From the NCBI RefSeq assembly GCF_001194135.2, contig NC_069004.1, positions 23,058,824 through 23,122,823 of the forward strand: a stretch of 64,000 nucleotides of DNA. The letters run 5' to 3'. Every line of letters begins with the position of its first letter. Position 1 is the first letter of the stretch. The DNA is from Octopus bimaculoides. Its lineage: Eukaryota. The position numbers and the translations under genes were made by a program. Positions 39,618 to 53,329 of the stretch are shown here, one piece after another. The notes under the pieces are model-generated. The model was not told the origin of the DNA. It did no database searches and worked only from the letters and a program-made list of their open reading frames with translations.

Positions 39618-40964
39618 AACTAGAAAAGCACTCAGAGAGTGCAGACCTCCACCAAGCAGCGCATTTCCGCCCATATACACGCATGCTGAAAATCACCCAA
39701 TTTCCCAAACCAACGCTGGCAAAAACCTAACCTCCTCCCATACTTATCGCAACCATCATCATCAGCACTGTCTGCTTTCACCACAATCATCATCAAAAGT
39801 ACAATCACCATCAAAAGTACAATCACCATCAAAAGTACAATCACCATCAAAAGTACAATCACCACAATCAGTTTCTTTACACAGTTGAAAATCCATTATC
39901 CGATACTGATGGGACCGAGATTGTTGCAGATTTTTGATTTTTCTAATTTCGGAGTGCTTTATTAAAAAAAAAAAAAAAAAAAAAAATTGCATCTACAAAA
40001 CGGAACAGTTTGAGGATAGAAACCAGGTCTAAACACAATAGCTTATAAGCATACTCTGAATGTAGTTCTATATAAATCTTTAATAATTTTTTTTATACTT
40101 AAGACCATCAGAAATGTTAAGATATCAGCCTCTACCCACGTTGTCATGCTTTGATTAAAAGGTTACAGACTAATTTAATAGCACCACCTGGAAGAGATAC
40201 ACAGTCAGCTCTGAGGAACAGTAGCCCATTCAAGCAGAGGGTTGTTGTTTTCAGAAACACATCTGGTTTATCTGGTATTTGTTGTGGGTAATCATCTAGG
40301 GATCGTTTGAATGCTGTGAAGTCACTTTCCTCCTTTATGTGTGTCTGGTACGATGTTGAAGAGTGCAGGGCCAATTGAGGTGAAATAGTTCTGTCATAGT
40401 GTTGTGATACGACACGAACATTTCTGTAGTGGACAGATGGCACAGGGGCCAAGCCTCGTACGAATTTTAAAGATGGGCAATGTTGATGGAATATTTTCTA
40501 CATCATACAGATGATATAGAGCTCACAGCAGCGGTGGAGGGAGCAAAGCCTGAGCTTTTTGAGTCAATCCCATTAGTCAAGGCTTGTCTGCAGACCTCCG
40601 CCAAGCAGCTCATTTTAAGATAGATATACGAGTAAAATTACTAATAGAGAAACGAAAATAAACTTTGGAAACAGCAACACCACCATAGGTTATGTGGAAA
40701 CAATGAACGTATTTTCGAGGGAGATAATCAAAGAATGTAACATTGTAATACTTCATGTAAAGTAAATATAACAAATGAAAAATCCTTCAAGAATCCATAA
40801 GAATTCCTGGATCACTACCAAAATTTCATCATCTGTTCCTTGTGTCATTACCAACTTTTCCTGCGAGTTTCATCAAATACTGTTCACAACTTTTTGAGTT
40901 ATTTTGCACACAGACAGACTGACACCAATGAAAACATAGCCTCCTTCCTTGACGAAGGTAATAA
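39618..40964 (-). mobile_element. Non-autonomous Helentron-type (DINE-1/HINE-like) element, composite
   Basis: 5' TTATTACCTTCGTCAAGGAAGGAGG; inverted subterminal CTTGG(C/T)GGAGGT at about 40592-40603 and 39645-39656; 3' hairpin GCACTC-tct-GAGTGC followed by ttttCTAGtt. Confidence 0.55.
39780..39862. repeat. 18-bp minisatellite (CATCAAAAGTACAATCAC) x about 4
   Basis: Direct tandem repeat with no spacers. Confidence 0.9.
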
Positions 40965-41112
40965 GACAAATATTGGGGTCGGTTCATTCAACTAAAAACT
41001 CTTCAAGGCAGTGTCCCAGCATGGCTGCAATCTAATGACTGAAACAAGTAAAAGATATGTGTGTGTGTGTGTGTGTGTTTGTTTATCTATCTATTTATTT
41101 ATCTGTCTATGT

Positions 41113-41665
41113 CAGAGGTCACCAAACTTTTTCCTCGGCGAACCAGATAACTGAGAGAATGATGAGTGTGGGCTGCATTACCATTTTGTTCAATACAATA
41201 CAGTGAACACACAAAAAATAAAGACAACCAACGAATTTATTTACCAAAAAGTTATCAAAGAAGGCGACATTAGCAGTAAGCTGGTTATATCACAGACAGA
41301 GCACACATATCCGAATCTCACAAACTAAGCAGCAAAAAAGGTTGGTGAGATTTGTGAAACTGGTGCTTAACTTTGAAGATATCATCAATATTTGGTTTGG
41401 AATTGCTGCATCCAGCCAACAGAATTGCTTTCAAATGTTCATCAGTCAACTTTGATGTGCTGACTTCACATTCTTCACATTTGAAAATGTTTGCTCACAG
41501 ACATAAGTTGTTCCAAACACGGATGCCATACCAGAGGCAAATGCAAGTCCTTACACAAAAGGTACAGAGTCGCAGCGGGCTGGATGAACTGACCTCACGG
41601 GCTGGATGAACTGACCTCACGGGCTGGATGAACTGACCTTGTGGGCCATAGTTTGGTGAACCCTG
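41113..41665 (-). mobile_element. Internally deleted hAT (Charlie/SPIN-like) element
   Basis: TIRs CAGAGGTCACCAAACT and AGTTTGGTGAACCCTG; exact 8-bp TSD GTCTATGT; dimerisation-domain fragment FGTTYVCEQTFS...LTDEHLKAIL; 22-bp repeat x3 at about 41577-41640. Confidence 0.9.
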
Positions 41666-41689
41666 GTCTATGTTAATCTTTACCTTATT

Positions 41690-41910
41690 TACATTATTTA
41701 TATTTGATGGATATTTGTCCTCATCTTGTTTGTTGTTAACAACATTTCGGCTGATATACCCTCCAGCCTTCACCAGGTGTCTTGGGGAAATTTTGAACCT
41801 GGGTTCTCATTCCTAAGGTACATCAGCCAAAACGTGTTAACAACAAACAAGATGAGGACAAATATCCGTCAAATGTAAATAATGTACATAATTCCTCATC
41901 TCTTAAATAT
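41690..41910. mobile_element. Internally deleted copy of the palindromic hammerhead element
   Basis: The outer left arm (to ...cctaaggta, 41820) is joined to the outer right arm (catcagccaaaacgtgtt...tatagaact). Minus-strand motif GACAC-CTGGTGA-A-GGCTG-gagggtatat-CAGCC-GAAAT-GTT at about 41737-41781. Confidence 0.75.
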
Positions 41911-44900
41911 AGAACTATATTAATTTTTGTCTAAAAAAAATAGAAATGAAATATAATAAAAGAAGTCATTATCATTATTGTCATCAATTAATTAGCAAAG
42001 GACGTGAGTAGTGCTCACATTTTCAGTCACTTTCTGATTAATGTGGTTGATGTACAGTTCAAACATTTATTAGTAGATAGTCTCCATGATGAAAAAGGAT
42101 TGTGTGGTGGGGTGGAGGTGGCAAAAATTCCAGAAGACTCTGATGCAATATGGAAAGGACAAAAGGAAAGCCCTTAGGTTGTACAATGCATGATGACAAC
42201 CTTCATTTGTTTTCTTGCTGGTTATTTTGGTTATCTGAAGCAGATTAGTTGGGCCATGTGTTTAGCTTGTGTGACGAGCAACACTGTGGAATGTTCCTAC
42301 TTAGCTTTTACTTGTTTCAGTCATTGGACTGCAGCCATTCTGTGGCAGCACCTTGAAGAATTTTTAGATGAATTAATCGACTGAAGTACTTATTATTTTT
42401 TTAAAGCTTGGTATGTAATGTATCGCTTTCTTTTGCCGAACCACTAAGTTATGGGGACGTAAACAAACCAACATCAGTCATTAAGTGGTGGTGGTGGAAG
42501 ACAAACAAAGACACAGACACACACACACACATGCATATGCACACGTGCACACACACACACACACACATGCATATGCACACGTGCACACACACACACGACA
42601 GACTTCTTTTAGTTTCCATCTACCAAATACACTCACAAGGCACTGGTCAACCCAAAGTTATAGTAGAGGACACTTGCCCAAGGTGTCATGCAATACAAAT
42701 GAAGCTAGTAACATGTGGTTAAGAATCAAGCTTCCTACCACACAGTCCCACCTGTGCCTATACACAGCCACACCTATCTTTGGTAAATTAATACCTTGTC
42801 CATCCATGGAGATGCATGGCTTAGTGGTTAGAGTGTTGGATTCATGATTGTGAGATTGTGATTTCGATTCCTGGATCAGGTGATGCATTGTGTTCTTGAG
42901 CCAAACACTTCATTTCACATTGCTCCAGTCCACTCAGCTGGCAAAAAGGAATAATCCTGCAACAGACCGTTGTCCTGTCCAGGGAGGAAACCAACCCTAT
43001 CCTCATTACAGAGTAAGGTGGACTAACCCATGTCCACTTTAGCTAAGTTCATTGAGATTATAGAGGGTGGTTATGTCCATCATATATGAACAAGCTGGTC
43101 AGTAAAACAAAACAAGAGTAACATGTCCTGACCTTTACACTGTGATTGACACAACTGACCAATCCAATGCCTCACAGTATATACACTTAGTGTGTTCCTA
43201 GAGCAGATAAAGAAAGTGTAAGATATTTATGCACACACACACATAGATATGTAGGAAATAAGTAGAAAAGCACAAGTTTCACATATAGTGTGAGGTATAT
43301 GCAGAAACTATGCTTTGGTCATATAATGCATGTGAATGAAGACAACTGTATAATAAATGCCAATTGCTTAAAATGGATGAATCATGTGGAAGAGGGAGAC
43401 CCGGCAAGATGTGGGAAATAGTAAGAGCTGATCTAAAAATGTTGAGCCTCATGGAAGAGTTGACAAAAGAGCAGTTGATCAGCAAGTTGTTGTACTTGAG
43501 AGACCCCAACAGTAACAGTGAAGTCCATACTTGGCACTCCACCTAATTTGCCCACATCATGAACCCCACTACTTCCACACACATCTCATCTTCCTAACAT
43601 CAATTCTTCATCATTCTTCTAATAGTGGTACGACCTAGCTACTGAGGTCATTTGAGAGCAGAATCAGCACATACTTCACCCCTCACCTCTGACTTTAGCA
43701 CAACCAGGAACTGCCAGAATTGTTAGCATGTAGAGCAAAATACTTAGCAGCATTTCAGCCATCATTATATTCTGAGTTCAAATTCTACTGAGGTTGACTT
43801 TGCCTTTCATCCTTTTGGGGTCAATAAAATGAATACCATTTGAGCACTGGGGTTGATGTAATCAATTTACCCCTTCCTCCAGACTTGCTGACCTTATGCC
43901 AAAATTTGAGACCATTATTATCCCTCTTCATATTACTTCCCACCAATCATCCCCTTTTCTCAGCCTTTCAATAATTTCTCCCTCCCCTCAAAGCTAAATT
44001 TTAGTCTGTCAAACATGTTTAACCCCTCTTCTGTCATCATTTTCAACCACCTCTCATCCGTTGTCTATACTCCTTCACCTTTGTCACACCAATCACTGTT
44101 GCCACCTTCATATACCTCTGACCCTCACCTCTGTCATAGGTCATCATCCTCCCATCCTCTCCCCTGTCACACCCTGCACCTCTCCTTGCTTTCTGATCAA
44201 TCTATAAATATAATGATATTCTTGTTCCCCACACTTCCTATACTGATACTTAGCAATTTCTCCTTCCTGAGCAACTTCTTTCTCAACTGGGGTCCATATA
44301 GACCCCACTTCAGGACCACTGGTCTGTATTCTCCTTTATACTTGCCTTCTTGTATCTTGTGATTATGTTTCAGCACTCCCTTCTAGATATTTTCACCCAC
44401 CCTTGCATCATGTGGGAAAGCCATGTATCTCGTCTATAGCAAAATACTTGTACTTGTTCCTTTATCCTATTTTAGCTTTCAACACCTGGCATAAAAGCCA
44501 CCTCCACCCTTCCTTTCAAATATACTCCTACTCAGATGTGAAAGCTCTTTCCTTTTCCCTGTTTTATTTTCTTCTGCATATTAATTGGTGACCTCACTAG
44601 TGATGGCACCACATAAAACAGCACCAAGTATACACTGTAAAGTGGTTGGCATTAGGAAAAGCATCCAGCTATAGAAATCATGCCAAAGCTGACATTGGGG
44701 TCTGATTTAACTCTGTGGTTTGATTGACCCTATCAGACAGTCCAACCTATGCAGGCATGGTGTTAAATGATGATGATGTTGCTCTATAAGCTTGTTTTAT
44801 GTTTATGTATCAATTCTCTGCATGAATATATATACACATGCATGCAGTCATGAGATTCTATCTATAAAATTCCATTCACAAGGTATTAGTTAATATGAGA

Positions 44901-45120
44901 CCATGGCGGAAGTCACTTGTACAAGGTGCCACACAGTGAGATTGAACTTTGGCCCAAGGTGATTGAGGAGCAAACTTCATAACCATTTCATAACCATACA
45001 GCAATACTAGCATCTGCAAACTTTTTTAATTCATATTTTATATTTTTGGAAATAGAAGAAAAAACATATTCAAAATAGCAAAAATCAAACAATAATTATC
45101 TAAAAATTAATATTATTTAC

Positions 45121-45398
45121 TTCTTTTCGAGATCTTTAAAATTTTTCATCAAGAATGTTTTTAACTGTGAAAATTCTTTACTCTGTCCTTTCATAACTTC
45201 CACTTCATGAACAAAAGAGCTTTTATTTGATGATTCTTGTTTCAAAATTGCAATCAATTTCTGTAAATTATCCTTCAACCAGCCCTGATGACCTGAAAAC
45301 TCTTCAGAAATTTTGTTACAAAACAGCTTCTCACTGCTTGCATAATAATGCTTTAAACAACTCAACTCTTGATTCAGTTTTTCAATTTCATAGTCTTT
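45121..45398 (-). CDS. Gene B coding exon
   Basis: Acceptor ctttgttttattgtag| and donor AA|gtaaat; 278 bp, phase 0 in, 2 out; encodes KDYEIEKLNQELSCLK...MKNFKDLEK (matches ORF 45117..45365). Confidence 0.85.
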
Positions 45399-46892
45399 CT
45401 ACAATAAAACAAAGTTGAGTGATAAAAGCTATAGGATTTGTAATGATGATTATAATGACAAAGTTTATCAATTATTATTACAGAGAAGCTTTGCAGTTAT
45501 ATAGACAATGTTTCATGTAAATGAATGAAAAAGAATATTTGATTGATTATTAATAGGACCATTTATTTAGTAGAGTATATATCAAGCAAATGCACGTGGC
45601 TTAGATGTTATGGTATTCAGCTCATGATGAGCTTGATTCCTAGTGGCACATTGTGTCCTTGAGTACATTACTCCAGTCTACTCAACTGGTAAAAATGAAT
45701 AGCATCTGAATTTCAAAGGATCAGCCTTGTCACATTCTGTGTCATGCTGAATCTCCCCGAGAACTATGCCTAAGGATAAACATACCTGCTGTGGAGTGCT
45801 CAGCCACTTGCATGTTAATTTCACAAGTGGACTGCTCTGTTGATCAGATCAACTGGAGCCCTCGGCATCGTAACCAATAAATTGTTGTTACAATGTTGAA
45901 GTTACTTGTGTGTACAGATGTTTTTGTAGATGCAGTAGAATATTTGTGCCTGGTTCCATGGTTCATTGAGTATGTTAGCTTAGAATCAGCACATACTTCA
46001 CCCCTCACCCCTGACTTTGGCACTACCAGGAACTGCCAAAATTGTTAGCACATAGAGCAAAATGCTTAGCAGCATTTCAGCCATCGTTATGTTCTGAGTT
46101 CAAATTCTACTGAGGTTGACTTTGCCTTTCATCCTTTGCTAGCTTAGTTTTTCTATGGCTGCTATGGAGAAAAACATAGTAAAAGGAATATATACAGCTA
46201 GAGAAGATAAGAGGTTTACCCTTGCATGCATTATTTAGTGTACTGACAGAGTTGCTATCAGTCCAGAGATGATTGACCAGAGAGAAGAAGATAGCTGCTT
46301 GCTTGTGTTTTATAACCTGCTGGTAAACAAATTCGGTCAACTAAAACAATAGGGTTCTTCTTTTACCTTTGACTTTCTTTTATCATTTTTTGTTGTTGTT
46401 GTTGTCGTGTTATGTATCAGGGATTCAGGAAAAGGGATGGCAAACCTTCAGGGAGGAGAAGATGATGCTTCTGCTAAAATTGTGGTTTTCTGTGTATACT
46501 AGTGGTCCAATTGGCAGAAACTTCTGTACATTTTGGGATGTTGTTACAATTCTTATTCTGACGATAGCTAAATTGGCTGAAATGCACCTCTTGGAAAATC
46601 TATCTATATAACTCCAGTAAGCTGGAGTAATTGGTAGATGAAAAGGATGCAATGGAGGTACATGCATGATTCACTAGGCCTCTTCAGAGATTTACATGCC
46701 AACTGTAGGCCGAAACAGCTGTATGACTTTGTCCCTTCTTCAGTCACTAGATGTCCTTTTGAATTTTGAATTTTTAATTGTTGATATGACATAGTGTGTC
46801 ATATGTGTTTGTATATTGTCTTTATTGTCCTTTTGGTTGAAAAATAAATGGATGTGGATTTGGTAGACGGAAACTGAAAGAAGCCCGTCGTA

Positions 46893-46935
<43 letters not shown>

Positions 46936-49900
46936 GTTTGTGTGTCTGTGCTTGTCCCCCCAACATCGCTTGACAACCAATGCTAGTGTGTTTATGTCCC
47001 CGTAACTTAGCGGTTCAGCAATAGAGACCGATAGAATAAGTACTAGGCTTCTAAAGAATAANNNNNNNNNNNNNNNNNNNNNNNNNNNNNNNNNNNNNNN
47101 NNNNNNNNNNNNNNNNNNNNNNNNNNNNNNNNNNNNNNNNNNNNNNNNNNNNNNNNNNNNNNNNNNNNNNNNNNNNNNNNNNNNNNNNNNNNNNNNNNNN
47201 NNNNNNNNNNNNNNNNNNNNNNNNNNNNNNNNNNNNNNNNNNNNNNNNNNNNNNNNNNNNNNNNNNNNNNNNNNNNNNNNNNNNNNNNNNNNNNNNNNNN
47301 NNNNNNNNNNNNNNNNNNNNNNNNNNNNNNNNNNNNNNNNNNNNNNNNNNNNNNNNNNNNNNNNNNNNNNNNNNNNNNNNNNNNNNNNNNNNNNNNNNNN
47401 NNNNNNNNNNNNNNNNNNNNNNNNNNNNNNNNNNNNNNNNNNNNNNNNNNNNNNNNNNNNNNNNNNNNNNNNNNNNNNNNNNNNNNNNNNNNNNNNNNNN
47501 NNNNNNNNNNNNNNNNNNNNNNNNNNNNNNNNNNNNNNNNNNNNNNNNNNNNNNNNNNNNNNNNNNNNNNNNNNNNNNNNNNNNNNNNNNNNNNNNNNNN
47601 NNNNNNNNNNNNNNNNNNNNNNNNNNNNNNNNGGGGGGCGGTTAAGTGGCCAGATGTTAGGGGTGATATGGTCACCGAGATAGTCTGACAACCATGATTG
47701 GGTTCTCCTGCTTGTGTAGCATGGTGCAGAGTCCTGTTGCCAGACACAGGGTCTTCCAGCAGCCACCCTCTTGACTCAGGGTAACACTACCTCCGTCAGG
47801 CACTTAATGTAGGCCTCTGTGTTGAGTCTGAGGCCATGTGAGAAGATGAATGGAGGCAAAACGTCACCATGACTAGTGATCACTCCAAACACCCTGTGCA
47901 TGTGTGTGTGTGTGTGTGTGTTATGTGTGTGCGTGTGTGTTATGTGTGTGTGTGTGTTATGTGTGTATGTGTGTGTTATGTGTGTGTGTGTGTTGTGTGT
48001 GTGTGTGTGTTGTGTGTGTGTGTGTGTGTGTNNNNNNNNNNNNNNNNNNNNNNNNNNNNNNNNNNNNNNNNNNNNNNNNNNNNNNNNNNNNNNNNNNNNN
48101 NNNNNNNNNNNNNNNNNNNNNNNNNNNNNNNNNNNNNNNNNNNNNNNNNNNNNNNNNNNNNNNNNNNNNNNNNNNNNNNNNNNNNNNNNNNNNNNNNNNN
48201 NNNNNNNNNNNNNNNNNNNNNNNNNNNNNNNNNNNNNNNNNNNNNNNNNNNNNNNNNNNNNNNNNNNNNNNNNNNNNNNNNNNNNNNNNNNNNNNNNNNN
48301 NNNNNNNNNNNNNNNNNNNNNNNNNNNNNNNNNNNNNNNNNNNNNNNNNNNNNNNNNNNNNNNNNNNNNNNNNNNNNNNNNNNNNNNNNNNNNNNNNNNN
48401 NNNNNNNNNNNNNNNNNNNNNNNNNNNNNNNNNNNNNNNNNNNNNNNNNNNNNNNNNNNNNNNNNNNNNNNNNNNNNNNNNNNNNNNNNNNNNNNNNNNN
48501 NNNNNNNNNNNNNNNNNNNNNNNNNNNNNNNNNNNNNNNNNNNNNNNNNNNNNNNNNNNNNNNNNNNNNNNNNNNNNNNNNNNNNNNNNNNNNNNNNNNN
48601 NNNNNNCACAGGGGGTCCGCAAGGACAAGACAGGGGGTCTGTGGACAGCAAATACTTTTTATGGGCAATTTGATTTTATATGTTTTTTAATCGAAATCTT
48701 TTAATTGACAATAAACCTATTTGTTAAATACTGTTAAATAAATAAATGTAAAAATATATGTTATTTTAAGCAAATATTTATGTATAAATTTCATAAGCGT
48801 TTATAAGGGGGTCGCTAAGGTAAAGCCTGAAATATAAAGGGGTCCGCAAGTCAAAAAGTTTGAAAACCCCTGGTTTAAATGTCAGGCACAATGAAGGTAT
48901 CATTTTATCGACTTCCTACCCTTAACATTCACTCTATCTTCCTCTAATTCCTAGTTAGGCAGCTAGCAGTTTAACCAAACATAAACAGCAGCAACATACA
49001 AAAAAAGATAACTCTGTTGTTCTTATATGATATCCACACTTGCTCGGTTGAGACATGGCATTATACAAAGTAACAGTAAATAAATATTTCTTTACAACTT
49101 CGATCACTGTTCTTCTTCCATCTTGCACACTGGCAACCAACACCTTAAGAATAACCGTCACATATATATTCTTTTATTCTTTTACTTATTTCAGTCATTT
49201 TGACTGTGGCCATGATGGAGCACCACCTTTAGTCGACCAAATCAACCCCAGGACTCATTCTTTGTAATCCAAGTACTTATTCTATCGGCCTCTTTTGCTG
49301 AACTGCTATAGCAGGCTTGTTTTCTGTTTCTGTCTATGAAATCCACTCAAAGCTTTGGTCTTTGGTCAGGTTGGGACAATAGTAGAAAACACTTGCCCAA
49401 TGTACAACACACAGTGAGAATGAAACTGAAACCATGTGGTTGGGAAGCAAACTTCTTAACCTCACAGCTATACCTGTGCCAATGCTAGACAGTCATGCAT
49501 ACACCTACACAACAGATTATATGTCTAACCTTCCTTCTCACCTGTTTACCCTAGGCCATTCTCTGCATATGCCATCTCTTCTATCCACTGATTGTCATAG
49601 TACCCCTGAAGGAATGGAGAAAACAGACTGCACAAGTACTGGTGTCATGATAAAGTAATCATTTGCATTTTTGAAGCAGTGGATGAAAAGAGACATCATA
49701 GAGTTGACAAGACCTTTAGTTTTTTCTTGGCAGGAACATGACAGCCCCTCCAGTGCCTGTCCCATAAAAAACATGCATCCAGTACTCCAAAGAATTTGGT
49801 GAATGTGTGAGGACATCATAAGGTTCAGGAGGACCCTTTACTCTTGTCTTGTTGAGGACATGATTAAACCTTTTGAGCTGGTACCATGAAAAAGAAAATG

Positions 49901-50394
49901 CACTCAATACACTTTATAAAGTGGTTGGCATTTGGAAGGGCATCTAGCTGTAGAAACTATGGCAAATGAAAATAGATATGAATGTGCCTAGGAGGTCAGT
50001 AACCCAAACAAGAACTGACCCATCCAACCCAAAGAAGCATTGAAAGTAGTCACAGAATGATGATTATGTACACAATTATAACCGAGTCATATAATATATG
50101 ATTATACATAATGTGTGTATAATCAACACATTTGGTTTGACACATCTACAGTATTAGCATTCAAATACACAGAGAAACATTCATCACACACACACACACA
50201 CATACCAGTGCAGGCATGGTGGAATGGTTAAAATGTTTGCAACCAGGTTGTTTTGGGTTCCATCCCATTTGCATAGAACCTTGAATAAATGTCTTCTAGC
50301 CCCAGACTGACCAATGACATGTCAGGGAATCTGGTGGGTGGGGACCTGTATAATTAGTCAGGTTATCTAGGAAGGTGTCATCCTCAATGACTTG

Positions 50395-51190
50395 TATCAC
50401 AGTATTACACCCAGTTGTTACAAGGGTAAAGGAGATGCCTTAGATAGAAGTAATTACAGAGGTGTCAAACTGGTGGGCCAGGTCATGAAAGTTACAGAAA
50501 GAGTTATAGCCCAATTAATTAGAAACAGAGTTAGATTTGATGAGATGCAGTTTGGTTTTGTGATTAGAAGTATTATTTATGCCATTTGGTGAGACAACTG
50601 CAGAAGTATTTAGTGAAGAATAAACCACTGTAGCCAGCAATCATTGACCTGGAGAAAGCATTCGACTGATCTGTGATATGGTGGTCTCTGAAGAAGCTAA
50701 GAATAGATGAATGGCTTGTAAAAGCTGTACACATCATGTGCAGGGGTGCTGTCAATATGATGAGAGTTAGCCATGAGAACAGGGACGAATTTAGTATATA
50801 GGTAGGCATTCACCAGGGTTTAGCTCTTTGTCCCCTCCTATTTATTACTGTCCCTCAGGCTATAAAGGAGGAATTTTAGACCTGCTGCCCCTGGAAACTA
50901 CTATTTGCTGATGATCTTGCTCTCATAGCAGAATCTGTAACAGAATTAGAAAAGAAATTCCAAGTGTAGAAGCAATATCTAAAATTGAAGTATCTTAAAG
51001 TTAATTTGAAAAGAACAAGATTCTAGTAGGCAAGGAAACATACAGGCCCCTATCCCTTCAGGTAAATGGCCCAGCTCAATATGCAGGTAATAACCAGTGC
51101 AATGGAATCATGGGAAGGATAATGTAAAGGTAGTGCTTGTATGAAGAATATACACAGGAGCCATAAATGGGGAATTGATCTTCTCAAATG
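50395..51190 (+). mobile_element. RTE RT remnant
   Basis: YKGKGDALDRSNYRGVKL, DEMQFGFV, DLEKAFD and LLFADDL. Confidence 0.8.
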
Positions 51191-51575
51191 CTTAGGGGGT
51201 AGTGATGGACTTCTTTCAGTTTCTGTCTACCAATCCACTCACAAGGCTTAGGTCGCCAGGAGCTATTGCAAAATACACTTGCCTAAGGTACAATGCAGTA
51301 GGACTGAAACCCAAACCACATGGTTGGGAAACAAAATCTTAAACTACACAGCCACACCTGTAGATGTATGAACATACGTATGTATGTGTGTGTGTGTGTG
51401 TGGATGCATGCATGCATGCATGTATGTATGTATGTATGTATAAACATATTAATAAATTATCACAAACACAAAAAATATATTCAAACGTTTTCTGTACACC
51501 TTATCTAACTGACTTTGCAAAACTTGATGAAATTGTGTACGCTCTCACACATTCATTCAGGTAAACTAGCCATTA

Positions 51576-52458
51576 CGAGGCGGTATCCAAAGATCCCAGA
51601 CTAGTTATGTTCAATAAAAAACTTATTCACATAAGTTTTGGCATCAACTCCTTTAAAATAGTCATCTTGCATGTCAAACACTGGTCCCAGAATTCCTGCC
51701 ACATTTTGAATCCAGCCTGGAAGTCATTTTCTGTAAACAAGTCAAGGACTTTTTGCGATTCACTCTTGACCTTGACAGTGGTGTTAAAACAGCGACCTTT
51801 GAGCTGCATTTTCATCTTGGGGAAGAGATAAAAGTCAGCAGGTGCTAAATCTGGTGAATAGGATGGCTGCAGATGCAATACCATGTTGTTTTTTTACAAG
51901 AAACTCATGAGTGAGGAGAGCTTAGTGACAGAGTGCATTGTTGTCATGAAGAATCCAGTTCTTTGCGCTCCCCAGATTCAGTTGCTTTCATCGAATGTCC
52001 TCCCTGAAACACTTCAAAACATCGTTGATTGTCCTCCAACAATCCTCATGCACAAACTGATGAATTTTCTCTCCATTTCTGGGGGTGACACTCGTAGCAG
52101 GTCTTCCAGATCACTCATCATCTTCCAGAGACGTTCTTCTGCTTTTGAAGCACCCATGTGACTCAAAGCATTATGTATGACCCAATGCCTCATCATCATA
52201 AGCTTGCCACAGCCTGCCCAATATCTCTGTTGCAGACCTCCCGAGTTTAACACAAAATTTCACATTGGCTTTGCATTCCAACTTCTTGTCCATGGCAAAA
52301 ATAGCAGACTACAGCATACACAAAAACACAAATTTCACAACTTGCAAAGTAAACACAGTGATAAAGGTCACTGCTAGCTTTCACTGTGCACATAACAATG
52401 TGCTGCCATCTGTTGGCATGCTACAGAACCAGTCCAGGAAATTTTTGATACCACCTCA
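51576..52458 (-). mobile_element. Internally deleted mariner element
   Basis: TIRs CGAGGCGGTATCCAAAGAT and ATTTTTGATACCACCTCA with TA flanks; YSPDLAPADFYLFPKMK. Confidence 0.85.
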
Positions 52459-52674
52459 TATTTATCTTTTACTTGTTTCTGCCATTAGACTGCAAGAGAA
52501 ACCAATAGAATAAGTACCAGGCTTAACGAAAAATAAGTCTTGGAGTTGATTTGTTTGACTAAAACCCTTCAAAGTGGTGCCCCAGCATGGCCGCAGTATA
52601 ATGGTTGAAACAAGTAAAAGATAAATGGTTCATGAAGTATAAAATTTGTTAGGTACCAGAAAATAAAAACTCAC

Positions 52675-52757
52675 TTTAAGGAGGTCCTCACTTTTCTCCT
52701 TGTTTTGTTCCACAGTCTGTAACATTGTCTGCTGAAACTCTTTGAGTTCTTGGTTAA
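52675..52757 (-). CDS. Gene B coding exon
   Basis: Acceptor ttttcctttaataaatag| and donor AAA|gtgagt; phase 1 in, 0 out; encodes FNQELKEFQQTMLQTVEQNKEKSEDLLK. Confidence 0.8.
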
Positions 52758-53329
52758 CTATTTATTAAAGGAAAAACATGCTGTAAAGAGGTTTTATTAC
52801 TGGCTCTCATTAGTTATTGGGCAGTTGAGGTAGCAGCAGCAGCACCACTACTAATAACAATAATCTTACCTTTTTTTAGCCACAAATATTCAAAGAGATA
52901 CAGAAAACTACATAGAAACATTAAACAGGGGTTTTATAAAGATGTATGTGGTATGATAGAGATGTTATACAAAGATGAGAGAAGAGATGAAAATATATAA
53001 TTACATAAAAATATTTAAAAATATGATAAAATGCACAAAAATAAAAACAGGGTATTCATATAAAAATTAAACCTAAACATATGTTGATCAGGGTACCCAC
53101 ATTCCTTCTAATTAATTTCTATCCTGTATTCTTCATAACTGTGCTAATACCAGACCCAAGCCCAGAGGAAGAATCAGTGGGGTTTAGCATTAGGCCAGTA
53201 ACCCAATTCTGTAAAAGTCAGCAAGAGAAATTGATGAGAATATTTCACATGAGGAGGAAGGCAGGGGACAAAATGCCACTTATGACAGGCTCTAAAGAAA
53301 GCTGAAAGGAAGGGAGGGCCTCAGAAAGC

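Noticed and set aside
39780-41640. CRISPR-like arrays (18-bp and 22-bp repeats)
   Set aside because: These are head-to-tail tandem repeats with no unique spacers, inside eukaryotic TEs, with no cas genes.
49096-49143. Optional phase 0-0 exon of gene B (VLVASVQDGRRTVIEV)
   Set aside because: Weak acceptor and donor next to a SINE; the flanking exons join cleanly without it.
53140-53220. HDV-like ribozyme in a LINE 5' region
   Set aside because: I could not build the nested double pseudoknot by eye; it would need a structure-based search.
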